This document shows positions 1 to 9,147 of a DNA stretch of 64,000 bases, in pieces. The stretch covers positions 93,624 to 157,623 of the IMG/VR virus record IMGVR_UViG_3300033076_001354, one strand, 5' to 3'. Every line of letters starts with the position of its first letter. Position 1 is the stretch's first letter. A program made the translations under genes and the position numbers. The notes under the pieces are model-generated. The model was not told where the DNA came from, did no database searches, and saw only the letters and a list, made by a program, of their open reading frames with translations. The stretch is from a virus (lineage: Duplodnaviria; Caudoviricetes).

Positions 1-561
1 ACATTCAACAGCCAGAGTCCTACTTCAGTCGTTACATTGAACGGTAAAGCCTACAACATCGCTGCGGTAGCCGCAACTGTCACTGCCGACGTGTTCATGA
101 GAATCACGGCGAATAATTCATTTACCGTAGGATCCACTATTAAATTTAATACGATGGTTCCATCCAATGTGGCGTGGAGTTCAACTAAGACTACGCTCAG
201 CAACGCGTCGTTCTTGGTCACGGCTTCTAACTCTACTTCATTTACGTTGAAGCTTGGATCACATAGGGCTGGAACGCCGGCAGTCGTAAATACAAACGCC
301 ACGATTACTTCGGGTTCCATCGGAACGAGCTTCGATGAAGTTACGGGAAACGTTACCTCGACCGCTTATGTAAATCAAGTTGTAGCCAACACTTCTGTCG
401 GTGGATCGATTGGAACACAGACGCCCGTCGGCATAACTATTCAAACCGGAAACGGGCAGCTTATGAAGATAACGTCTTCATTCATCTACGTTGGTTCTGC
501 TTCTAATCTAAACAGTGGTACGTATATTTCTGGCAATCAAATACGTCCTGGGACTATCTAA
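1..561 (+). CDS. Tail fibre/virion structural protein, C-terminal part (5'-truncated by window edge)
   Basis: Frame is open from base 1. Thr/Ser/Asn/Gly-rich beta-type composition; adjacent to a long tail fibre gene. Confidence 0.6.
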   Translation, partial: TFNSQSPTSVVTLNGKAYNIAAVAATVTADVFMRITANNSFTVGSTIKFNTMVPSNVAWSSTKTTLSNASFLVTASNSTSFTLKLGSHRAGTPAVVNTNATITSGSIGTSFDEVTGNVTSTAYVNQVVANTSVGGSIGTQTPVGITIQTGNGQLMKITSSFIYVGSASNLNSGTYISGNQIRPGTI

Positions 562-3374
562 TGGTTGATATTTCTTCGGTACAGCAAGACAGCATCACAG
601 TTCAATCTCTGCAGAACATAGGCGGGTCAATCGTCGACGCGTCTAATAACTTCTTCGTGAACACAAGCATAATGTTTATGGGGAACACGACGACCTCAGT
701 CATTATTCAATCTTCTGGAATATACACGCCGTCTATTGAGCTCGATGGAACGACCGCTAATCTTTCGATAAACACCACATCGTTGATGCTAAAGACGACC
801 ACCGCGAACTTATACATCGACGTCAACGAAGCTAATTTTCCCGGCGACGTAACGGTGCTCGGCAGCATACTTCTGACAGGAAGTTTTGTGTCGAACGGTA
901 CCAACGGCAACACCGGTGACGTTTTAGTCTCTGATGGTACAATATCATACTGGTCTTCGGCGGCCAACAACTCTACATACGCCTATGGTAAGACCGAAGG
1001 CAACCTCAACGTTAACAACTCCCTGACGTCGAACAACGCTTCTTACCTTGGTGGTATAGCGGCGAACCAATATGCCTATGCAAATCAGGCTGCGTCTTCC
1101 GCTAATAACGCGTCGTATCTTGGTGGTGTTGCAGCCGCAAGCTACATTCAGAACACTGACTCAAGGACTCTATCTGGCAACTTAAACTTCACCGGATCAA
1201 ACGTACAATTTAGTTCTTATTACTTAGGTAACGACAGTCAGATTAGGTTTAGAACTGTAAATAGCGCCGCCTACGCATACTTCGTTCAGCAGTCAGATGA
1301 TAACTTCGTCTTCTACACAACTAACGCTTCCTATGCTGCACGACCAGTTTGGTCAATATATGCAAATAGTTCTACAAGCGCTTTAGGATTTGGTGTTCCC
1401 GTAAACTTTAATTCCAACGTCGGTGCTTTGACTGCTAACGGCTCGGTCGGCGCCACAAACCAAGTCTTAACGTCTAACGGTTCAACAGTTTATTGGTCTT
1501 CACCTGGTGCTGCTTCAGTCAACTCTGCGGCGCAGTATACGTGGACCAATACACATACATTCCAAGCAAACGTTGCGTTTACTGGAAACAACATAAGCGT
1601 TGTGTCGAATACTGGATCAGTTATGTTTGCTGGTGCAAGCGACACAAACTGGAGAATTGGAAGGTCTACCGGTTCTGTCACAAAGTTCTACTACACCAAC
1701 AATTCACTTGACTTCATAAGCGGCGGTTCAAACCTTGAAGGGTTTACGTTTGGCGCACCTGGTGTCAACACATACCTTGAGACTGGTTCAGCTGGAACTT
1801 TTACAAAGAACCCAATCTACGTTGGAAACTCAAGCGTCAACGTCACTATCAACTCAACATCGTTCACAGGATCTTCAAACAACGCTTCTTACCTTGGAGG
1901 TGTCGCAGCCGCAGGCTACTTAAGATCTAATACGTCGGGTACTTACAGCGGTGGTGTTTTAAGGTTTACTAATGACACTGGTGTTTTAGGTTCATCGACG
2001 GGTGAAGCAAACACTCTTCAAATATATCAAGCAAACGTCAATGCCGACGCGTTTCAGACGTTTCATGTATCTGGTGATACGGCAGTTCACTTTGGTTTAG
2101 ATGGAACAACAAACGACTTATTTGTTGGTGGCTGGTCTTTAGGCGCTAACAAATATAAGGTATGGCATCAAAACAATGACGGAAGTGGGTCGGGATTAGA
2201 CGCGGATCTATTGGATGGTGTCAATGGTGCTAACTACGTTCAAAATACTGATTCTAGAACACTGTCCGGCAACTTAAACTTTACAGGCGCAAACACATCA
2301 ATATCTGGCAATCTAACTATTCAATCTACGGGTGAGTTGATTATATCAAACGGTGCCGGCATATACGCGAATGCATCTTTGGGTAATACTGGACAGGTGC
2401 TCACCAGTGACGGCGCTGGAGTTTATTGGTCTACGGTAAGTGGCGGAGGCGGAGGTGGTTTTACAAACGGTCAATCTATCTCTGTTAACAACTTTGTTAT
2501 TACGGGTGGCTTTACCGCGAATAGTTCAAATGGTACATCTGGACAAGTATTGACGTCAAACGGTTCAGGACTATATTGGTCTTCAGCGACAGTCACTACG
2601 GTTGCTAGCATCGAAACTGAGATAACTGCCGACGGGCCTTTGGCTTGGTGGAAATTCAATGAAACATCTGGAACCACTATCACGAACTACGGCTCACTTG
2701 GTTCGAACGCCAATCTTACACTCAGCGGAAGCTGGACACTCGCAGCCGCTAAGATAGTTCCTTCATCGAGTGATTCATTTGCTTTCTGTGCAACTTCAAC
2801 GTCATACGCCGGTACTGCAAACAACATCTTAGGAGCCCCTGCCTCAGGTGATCACACTCTTGAAGCTATAGTCGTGCTAACGAATGATGGTACGAACGCA
2901 AACAGGGTGATAAGCATCTCAGACGTCGGTGAGACTGCGGCCACGAACTACCAAGCAGGTTTGATGGTTACGACGGCGGGAGAACTTTTTGACTTCTGGG
3001 AGTACGGTTCAGGTACAAACGTATCCGTAGACTCAAACGTTCTTGTCAGAAGAGGCGAACCTCTACATCTTGCATTCGTTAAAAACAGCACAGCTAAGAC
3101 TGTTACGTTCTATGTCAATGGCGTTAAAACCAACGTTCTTACATATGCAAACGAACCAACCGGTGGTACGACCGCTTACACCAGAGTAGGTAATAACGGC
3201 ACTGATACAACTTCACGCTTCACGGTAGCCCACACCGCGATCTACAACAAGCAATTATCGGACGCAAGGGTTTTAGCGCATGCAAAAGCGGCCGGTCTTG
3301 CTTATACACCAAACTATGTAACAACGTCACTGGCCTCTGGATCATTTGGCTATAATTTAATCTTTGGAGGATAA
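561..3374 (+). CDS. Long tail fibre protein with C-terminal LamG/concanavalin-like lectin domain
   Basis: Internal repeats NNASYLGG(V/I)AA, QNTDSRTLSGNLNFTG and (G/N)QVLTS(N/D)G..xYWS; fibre motif GSGSGLDADLLDG; C-terminal 'PLAWWKFNE...VTFYVNG...AIYNKQLS' typical of LamG-like domains. Confidence 0.8.
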   Translation: MVDISSVQQDSITVQSLQNIGGSIVDASNNFFVNTSIMFMGNTTTSVIIQSSGIYTPSIELDGTTANLSINTTSLMLKTTTANLYIDVNEANFPGDVTVLGSILLTGSFVSNGTNGNTGDVLVSDGTISYWSSAANNSTYAYGKTEGNLNVNNSLTSNNASYLGGIAANQYAYANQAASSANNASYLGGVAAASYIQNTDSRTLSGNLNFTGSNVQFSSYYLGNDSQIRFRTVNSAAYAYFVQQSDDNFVFYTTNASYAARPVWSIYANSSTSALGFGVPVNFNSNVGALTANGSVGATNQVLTSNGSTVYWSSPGAASVNSAAQYTWTNTHTFQANVAFTGNNISVVSNTGSVMFAGASDTNWRIGRSTGSVTKFYYTNNSLDFISGGSNLEGFTFGAPGVNTYLETGSAGTFTKNPIYVGNSSVNVTINSTSFTGSSNNASYLGGVAAAGYLRSNTSGTYSGGVLRFTNDTGVLGSSTGEANTLQIYQANVNADAFQTFHVSGDTAVHFGLDGTTNDLFVGGWSLGANKYKVWHQNNDGSGSGLDADLLDGVNGANYVQNTDSRTLSGNLNFTGANTSISGNLTIQSTGELIISNGAGIYANASLGNTGQVLTSDGAGVYWSTVSGGGGGGFTNGQSISVNNFVITGGFTANSSNGTSGQVLTSNGSGLYWSSATVTTVASIETEITADGPLAWWKFNETSGTTITNYGSLGSNANLTLSGSWTLAAAKIVPSSSDSFAFCATSTSYAGTANNILGAPASGDHTLEAIVVLTNDGTNANRVISISDVGETAATNYQAGLMVTTAGELFDFWEYGSGTNVSVDSNVLVRRGEPLHLAFVKNSTAKTVTFYVNGVKTNVLTYANEPTGGTTAYTRVGNNGTDTTSRFTVAHTAIYNKQLSDARVLAHAKAAGLAYTPNYVTTSLASGSFGYNLIFGG
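1033..2583 (+). repeat. Intragenic peptide repeats of the tail fibre
   Basis: NNASYLGG occurs three times (near 1033, 1104, 1878); QNTDSRTLSGNLNFTG twice (1149, 2241); VLxSxGxxxYWS four times. Confidence 0.75.
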
Positions 3375-3376
3375 AG

Positions 3377-3733
3377 ATGGCAGCTCCTAATCTACTGTCA
3401 CTTACTACGGGAACGGGTAAGTCGTACTTCGCGAATCTTACCAGTACGGCCAACGCGACTCTTTTAACGACCGGCGCGAACCAAGTTTATAAGATCAACA
3501 ACATCACCGTTTCAAACCTTGATGGCACAGCTGGGTACGACGTGACTATGTATGTTGCTAACGCGACTGTCACTGTCCCTATAGCATATCAGATCACAGT
3601 GCCGGCAAAGTCAACTTTGGTTCTAACTGATAAGTCTTCTCAATTTTATCTGGAAGAAAGCTATCAGCTGCAGGGTGGAACCAGCGCCAACGGTAAGTTG
3701 TCGGTCCTCGTCAGCTACGAACTTCTTCAGTAA
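3377..3733 (+). CDS. Small tail-fibre-associated virion protein
   Basis: GGAGG Shine-Dalgarno; beta-rich 118 aa lying between the fibre and propeller genes. Confidence 0.55.
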   Translation: MAAPNLLSLTTGTGKSYFANLTSTANATLLTTGANQVYKINNITVSNLDGTAGYDVTMYVANATVTVPIAYQITVPAKSTLVLTDKSSQFYLEESYQLQGGTSANGKLSVLVSYELLQ

Positions 3734-3742
3734 GGTTTAATA

Positions 3743-4912
3743 ATGGCTAAAGAAAACGGCGGCGTCATAGGAAAAATAAATTTCACTACACAGAACTATG
3801 CTGTCGGCGCGTTCACAATAAAGTCGCATTTCAACGCGAACTATAATGCTCAATGGCCAAGAAGTGGTAGTGTATTTCTTGCGGTAGCACACAACACAAC
3901 TCCATTTGTTTCAGTCTATCCATTTTCTACTTTAGGATTTGGAGCTAAGCTCGCTAACCCAGCAACTTTACCTACGGGAAATGGTAGCGGTGTTACATTT
4001 TCTTCAAACGGTAAAACGTTAGTGGTTGCACACGCTACTACCCCTTTTGTTTCTGCTTATCCTTTCAGTGGTTCTGGTATAGGATCAAAATATAGTGACC
4101 CAGCTACGTTGCCGGTAAGTGCTGGATTAGATGTAGGTTTTAGACCTCAAGGCGATGCAGTTGCAATATCGTTTAATACTACACCATTCATACACGTGTA
4201 TGCATGGAGTAATGGATTTGGCTCAAAATTTACTAATCCAGCTACACTACCAACATCTGGCTACGCCGTTACTTTTGCGCCAAACGGCAATGATATAGCA
4301 ATAGGTTCAGGAGCTCTAATTGTTTATCCATGGAGCAGCAGTGGGTTTGGTACGAAATACACTGACCATGCATCGAACTTAACTGCCAGCGTCAACTACA
4401 CGGCAGATCTTAGTTTTCATCCTAACGGCGGATATATTGCTGTAGGATATAATTCGAGTGGAACTATATCATCGACAAGAATCGAGCGCACGTATGGATT
4501 TACATCGGGCACAGGTTTCACAAGCACATTTTATGATACATCTACTTCTGGAGCAACGCTTGGTGCTACAAGTGCTACTGGCTCAGATATTGCAGGTGTT
4601 GATTTTAGTCCTTCGGGTAACGACGTTGTTTTTGCTACGACTGGCAGCAGTGTAAACTATGTTAGAGCATATAGCTTTAATACTTCTACTGGATACACAG
4701 CTAAATATGCAGATCCTGCTACTAATACGACAGGTGCACCTAATAGATCTAAATTTAGCCCTGATGGAGCTTATCTCGCGTCTGTCCATGCCACTACGCC
4801 GTTCGTTACCGCATGGCCATGGACGTCTGGAACGGGATTTGGCACGAAATTAACAAACCCAGCAACTTTGCCGGCAAGCACTGGCAACGATTTAGCTTGG
4901 GGAGTAGTATGA
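3743..4912 (+). CDS. WD40-like beta-propeller protein (putative receptor-binding/adhesin)
   Basis: About 7 repeats of ~45 aa resembling 'VxFSPxGxxLAVxHxTTPFVxxYPWSxxGFGxKYxxPATLP'. Confidence 0.75.
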   Translation: MAKENGGVIGKINFTTQNYAVGAFTIKSHFNANYNAQWPRSGSVFLAVAHNTTPFVSVYPFSTLGFGAKLANPATLPTGNGSGVTFSSNGKTLVVAHATTPFVSAYPFSGSGIGSKYSDPATLPVSAGLDVGFRPQGDAVAISFNTTPFIHVYAWSNGFGSKFTNPATLPTSGYAVTFAPNGNDIAIGSGALIVYPWSSSGFGTKYTDHASNLTASVNYTADLSFHPNGGYIAVGYNSSGTISSTRIERTYGFTSGTGFTSTFYDTSTSGATLGATSATGSDIAGVDFSPSGNDVVFATTGSSVNYVRAYSFNTSTGYTAKYADPATNTTGAPNRSKFSPDGAYLASVHATTPFVTAWPWTSGTGFGTKLTNPATLPASTGNDLAWGVV

Positions 4913-4936
4913 TTATTTTTAACATAGGAGAAAAAA

Positions 4937-5302
4937 ATGGTAGACTTTTTAACGATCAGCGACACCGATAAGAAGTTGGCGCTTGTTACGGCTCTGATTG
5001 GCCGTGAGCAAGAGATTCATTCTTACGACATAAATATAGGTAACTATGAAGTGATGCTTATCACTCTTCCAACAGGTGATTGGCCCGATCTAATTGCATC
5101 TTATAAAAATACGCCTATTGAATTGGTGCCGGCAGATCTTCAACAGAATGTAACCGACTATCAGTTCAGGGATAGAATCAAAGCCTTGCTTGCAACTGAG
5201 AAGCTTGAAAGAAGCAAGTCTGTTAGAGTATATGAAGCGATAAAGTCACAGATACCCAGCAATGAACTCAGCTCATTGATAGCACAAGTAAAAGGAGCTT
5301 AA
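4937..5302 (+). CDS. Hypothetical protein (possible fibre assembly chaperone)
   Basis: AGGAG SD; helical 121 aa directly after the adhesin-like gene. Confidence 0.5.
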   Translation: MVDFLTISDTDKKLALVTALIGREQEIHSYDINIGNYEVMLITLPTGDWPDLIASYKNTPIELVPADLQQNVTDYQFRDRIKALLATEKLERSKSVRVYEAIKSQIPSNELSSLIAQVKGA

Positions 5303-5305
5303 TAA

Positions 5306-5917
5306 ATGTTGACTGAAGAACAAATCAAACACGGCTATCCGAACTCAAAGCCGGACATCGTCAAAGCACTCGTTGAGAGCTTTGAAACGCTCGCGAGCAA
5401 ATACGAGATCTCTGGTCTCCGTCTCGCACACTTCCTCGCGCAGACCGCACACGAGTCGGGCGGCTTCCGCGTGATCGAGGAGAACCTCAACTACTCAGCC
5501 GACGGTCTGATGAAGATCTTCCCAAAGTATTTCAGGGACAAGGACCCAAACGAATATGCTAGAAAGCCTGAAAAAATTGCGAACGTTGTTTACGCCTCGA
5601 GAATGGGCAATGGCGATACTGCTTCTGGTGATGGCTATAAGTTTCGCGGCCGCGGACTTATCCAACTTACCGGAAAAAGCAACTATTCTGGGTTCGCTGC
5701 TGATTCCGGAGTAAGCGTCGACGAAGCGGTAGCTTATCTCGGCACACCTCAAGGTGCGATCGAGTCGGCGGCTTGGTTCTGGCACAAGAATGGTCTCAAC
5801 GCACTCGCCGACAAGGACGATGTCACCGCAGTAACAAAGCGAATCAACGGCGGCACCATCGGTCTTGAAGATCGTCAGAAGCACACCAACGAGTTCAAGG
5901 CGATCTTAGGAGTCTAA
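5306..5917 (+). CDS. Glycoside hydrolase family 19 (chitinase-like) endolysin
   Basis: Motifs AHFLAQxxHESGG, ENLNYSA, GDGYKFRGRGLIQLTG, SAAWFW, TKRINGG. Confidence 0.92.
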   Translation: MLTEEQIKHGYPNSKPDIVKALVESFETLASKYEISGLRLAHFLAQTAHESGGFRVIEENLNYSADGLMKIFPKYFRDKDPNEYARKPEKIANVVYASRMGNGDTASGDGYKFRGRGLIQLTGKSNYSGFAADSGVSVDEAVAYLGTPQGAIESAAWFWHKNGLNALADKDDVTAVTKRINGGTIGLEDRQKHTNEFKAILGV

Positions 5918-5920
5918 AAA

Positions 5921-6211
5921 TTGACGGCTGCCCACAGACACAGCGACGCTAGGGCTTGCGGAGCGACCACGATAGTATCGGGTCAATCGACGGTTCGCGT
6001 CAACAACCTTCTGTGGGCAGTCGACAACGACGTGAACACCGATGGTGGAGGCGGTCTAAATCCTGCCGGCTCCACCGTAAAGATCAATAACCTCGCGGTA
6101 GTAGTGGTCGGAGACCCAGCGGATCCAGACTCGCTGTGTCCAGTTCCTGGAGGGGCGCACTGCAACCCGCTCGCCTCGGCTGGCAGCGGGAACGTGAACT
6201 GCTACGGCTGA
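5921..6211 (+). CDS. PAAR-family baseplate spike tip protein (T4 gp5.4-like)
   Basis: 'AAHR..D...CG', 'TVxINN..VVxGD' and a Cys/His metal site near the C-terminus. Confidence 0.75.
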   Translation: MTAAHRHSDARACGATTIVSGQSTVRVNNLLWAVDNDVNTDGGGGLNPAGSTVKINNLAVVVVGDPADPDSLCPVPGGAHCNPLASAGSGNVNCYG

Positions 6212-6212
6212 T

Positions 6213-6220
6213 TATAAATA
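6213..6220 (+). promoter_or_regulatory. T4-type late promoter (gp55-dependent)
   Basis: TATAAATA upstream of gp13. Confidence 0.85.
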
Positions 6221-6240
6221 TCTAAAAGAAGGAATTTATA

Positions 6241-7224
6241 ATGGCCACTTTAACCACACGAGACCAATTCAAAGAGTACTGCCTGCGCAAGCTCGGCAAG
6301 CCGGTCATCGAGATCAACGTCGACGACGACCAAGTCGAAGATCGCATCGACGAAGCCCTGAAGTACTACTACGACTACCACTTCGACGGCACCGAGAAGC
6401 AGTTCTATCGCCACATCTTTCAGGCCAGCGACTTCCCCGACGTGGTTAAAGAGGTCATGGTCTACGACGGTGGAACCGGATACTCAAACACAGACACCGT
6501 AACGATCACGGCGGCTTCAGGCGATACGTCTGGCACAGGCGCGACTGCTACCCTTACGACTTACGCGAACGGTTCCATCCAAGCTATAAACGTCACGGCG
6601 GTTGGCTCGGGCTATAGACTCGATCCCAATGTTACGATCACAACCGGAACTGGATCCGGCGCAAGCGTTCAAGCGTTCAAGGGCGGATACATTACGATTC
6701 CTCAGAACATAATCGGTGTCGTCAACATATTCGACATCGGTGACTACATCGCGACGAACAACATCTTCAACATTCGCTACCAGATCGCGTTGAACGACCT
6801 GTACACCTTGACCTATCAGTCAATGGTCCCATACTACATGGCGTTCCAACACATCCAACTTCTTGAACAGCTCCTAGTCGGCAAGCAACCGATCCGCTAC
6901 AACAGGAACACGAATCGCCTGTACATCGACGTCAACTGGAATAAGGTCGAAGCCGGCCAGTACTTGGTCGTCGAAGCTTATCAGATCGTCGACCCAGCCA
7001 AGTTCACCGACGTATGGAACGATCGCTGGCTGCAGAGGTACGCGTCGCAGCTCATCAAGAAGCAGTGGGGAACCAACCTGACTAAGTTCAACGGACTGCA
7101 GCTTCCAGGCGGGGTCACCTTCAACGGTGAAAAGATCTATAACGACGCCGAAGCCGACCTTGAGAAGCTCGAGAGCGAAATGGCAGTGTCTTACTCTCTC
7201 CCGTCTTATGACATGATCGGGTGA
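6241..7224 (+). CDS. gp13: Neck protein gp13
   Basis: 'KEYCLRKLGKPVIEINVDDDQVEDRIDEAL...YHFDG', 'KKQWGTNLTKF..LQLPGGVTFNG'; synteny. Confidence 0.93.
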   Translation: MATLTTRDQFKEYCLRKLGKPVIEINVDDDQVEDRIDEALKYYYDYHFDGTEKQFYRHIFQASDFPDVVKEVMVYDGGTGYSNTDTVTITAASGDTSGTGATATLTTYANGSIQAINVTAVGSGYRLDPNVTITTGTGSGASVQAFKGGYITIPQNIIGVVNIFDIGDYIATNNIFNIRYQIALNDLYTLTYQSMVPYYMAFQHIQLLEQLLVGKQPIRYNRNTNRLYIDVNWNKVEAGQYLVVEAYQIVDPAKFTDVWNDRWLQRYASQLIKKQWGTNLTKFNGLQLPGGVTFNGEKIYNDAEADLEKLESEMAVSYSLPSYDMIG

Positions 7225-7227
7225 TAG

Positions 7228-7962
7228 ATGGCAACTTCAGTCTTCTTCAACAACTTTAATTCAGTCGCCGAACAGAACCTCATCGAAGATCTTATCATTG
7301 AATCGATTAAGATCTACGGCATCGATGTGTACTACATCCCGAGGACTACAAACAATCGCGACGCGGTGTTCAGGGAAGGCTCGACTTACTCCTACAATTC
7401 GTCTTACTTGATCGAAGCCTACATCAGGAACGTCGATGGATTCACCGGCGACGGTGAGTTCTTATCGAAGTTTGGTCTGCAGGTTCGCGATCAGATCGTC
7501 TTTACGATGGCGCAAAGAACGTTCAAGGCTGAAGTAGGAAACTACAACGCCGAAGTGAGACCGTACGAAGGCGATCTAATCTGGTTCCCTTTGACTAAGA
7601 CCGTGTTCCAAATCAAGAACGCCGACGTCAAGCCTATATTCTATCAGCTCGGCGCACTTCAGACTTACGACTTGACCTGTGAGCTCTATGAAGGCGGGAC
7701 CGAGACTTTCAATACCGGCATCGCAGAGATCGACAACAAGTACAACGCCCTCTCACTCAAGTCGGACACATACGAAGTCCTTACCGAGAATGGTTTGGTT
7801 CTCGTCACTGAAGCCGGCGAACACATCATACTCGAAAGCTTCGACATCGAAGCGATCGACGTTCAAGCAGAGAACGACGTATTCGAGCAAGAAGGCCAAG
7901 ACTTCATCGACTTTACAGAGTTCGATCCATTCAGTGAAAAAGCTGGAGGCTATAGGGCATAA
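7228..7962 (+). CDS. gp14: Neck protein gp14
   Basis: 'EQNLIEDLIIESIKIYG', 'RPYEGDLIWFP', 'FYQLG'; synteny. Confidence 0.93.
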   Translation: MATSVFFNNFNSVAEQNLIEDLIIESIKIYGIDVYYIPRTTNNRDAVFREGSTYSYNSSYLIEAYIRNVDGFTGDGEFLSKFGLQVRDQIVFTMAQRTFKAEVGNYNAEVRPYEGDLIWFPLTKTVFQIKNADVKPIFYQLGALQTYDLTCELYEGGTETFNTGIAEIDNKYNALSLKSDTYEVLTENGLVLVTEAGEHIILESFDIEAIDVQAENDVFEQEGQDFIDFTEFDPFSEKAGGYRA

Positions 7963-8774
7963 TGCTTTCAGTTCCTTTCTATCACTCACTCCTTCGCAAG
8001 TACGTCGTCATATTCGGCACGCTCTTCAACAACATTAAGATCGAGAAGTTGAATGCAGACGGCTCGGTCGCCGCTACTTTTAAAGTTCCGATCGCATACG
8101 GTCCCCGCGAAAAGTTTCTCGCTAGGGTTGAATCCAATCCTACCGGTATCGCGGACACAGCTTTGATCCTTCCAAGGATAGGCTTTGAGATCAGCGGTAT
8201 CAGGTACGCCAGCGACAGGAAGCTTCAGACGACGATTCCTTTGTATACCAACCAGAACGTAAACGGCAACAGCGTTCTCAAGAAAGTATACTCGCCGGTC
8301 CCATACGACATCGACTTCAGCATGTCCATCATGACGAAGCAGACCGAAGACGCCACGAGAATTGTTGAGCAGATCCTTCCCTACTTCACGCCTGAGTGGA
8401 CCATATCCGCTCAGCTGCTGAGCGACTTCAACAACACTACCGACATACCGATAGTCATAAGTTCGATCGATATTGAAGATACGTACTCGACCGACTTCAA
8501 GCAGCGCAGGGCTTTGATCTGGACAATCAACTTTACGATGAAGGCATACTTGTATGGACCGGTGACAAAGGCCAAGCAGATCAAAGTCGCTACAGTCAAC
8601 TCATTCGCACCTATGACTGCGAACCTCGCGCTCAACAGGGTCGTCACCCAGCCGGGACTCGACGCGAATGGCAATCCGACCACGATTCTTGCGGACACTA
8701 TACCCTATACATCAATCGATGAAACCGACAACTTTGACTATGTTGTGACAACGACGGACTTCCCAAGTGGTTGA
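7962..8774 (+). CDS. gp15: Tail sheath stabiliser/terminator gp15
   Basis: 'FYH..LRKYV..FGTLFNNI', 'VPIAYGP.EKF', 'VEQILPYFTP'. Confidence 0.93.
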   Translation: MLSVPFYHSLLRKYVVIFGTLFNNIKIEKLNADGSVAATFKVPIAYGPREKFLARVESNPTGIADTALILPRIGFEISGIRYASDRKLQTTIPLYTNQNVNGNSVLKKVYSPVPYDIDFSMSIMTKQTEDATRIVEQILPYFTPEWTISAQLLSDFNNTTDIPIVISSIDIEDTYSTDFKQRRALIWTINFTMKAYLYGPVTKAKQIKVATVNSFAPMTANLALNRVVTQPGLDANGNPTTILADTIPYTSIDETDNFDYVVTTTDFPSG

Positions 8775-9147
8775 TAAGAAAGACGTGATCGGGCAGAGTC
8801 TCAACCTTCCCGATCTACCTAGATCTAAGATAACCGACCTGACTCCTAAGATCGCTACCGACGACTATGAGTTCGCGCGCAGCAACCTCTACGACCTTAT
8901 AAACAAGGGTTCGCACGCGCTTGAGGACATCATCGACGTCGCGAAGCAGTCTGAGTCGCCTAGGGCTTTCGAAGTCGTCACGAACCTATTGAAGACGATG
9001 GTCGACGCGAATAAAGACCTACTCGACTTAGCGAAGAAGCAGAAAGATCTTCAGGCGAAAGAAGAAGAAGGCGGACCTAAGACGATCAACAACAACTTGA
9101 TCTTGACGTCGGCCGAACTCCTGAAGATGATAAAGAGCAATGAGTGA
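8767..9147 (+). CDS. gp16: Terminase small subunit gp16
   Basis: 'DDYEFARSNL', 'SESPRAFEV'; immediately precedes gp17. Confidence 0.9.
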   Translation: MVDKKDVIGQSLNLPDLPRSKITDLTPKIATDDYEFARSNLYDLINKGSHALEDIIDVAKQSESPRAFEVVTNLLKTMVDANKDLLDLAKKQKDLQAKEEEGGPKTINNNLILTSAELLKMIKSNE

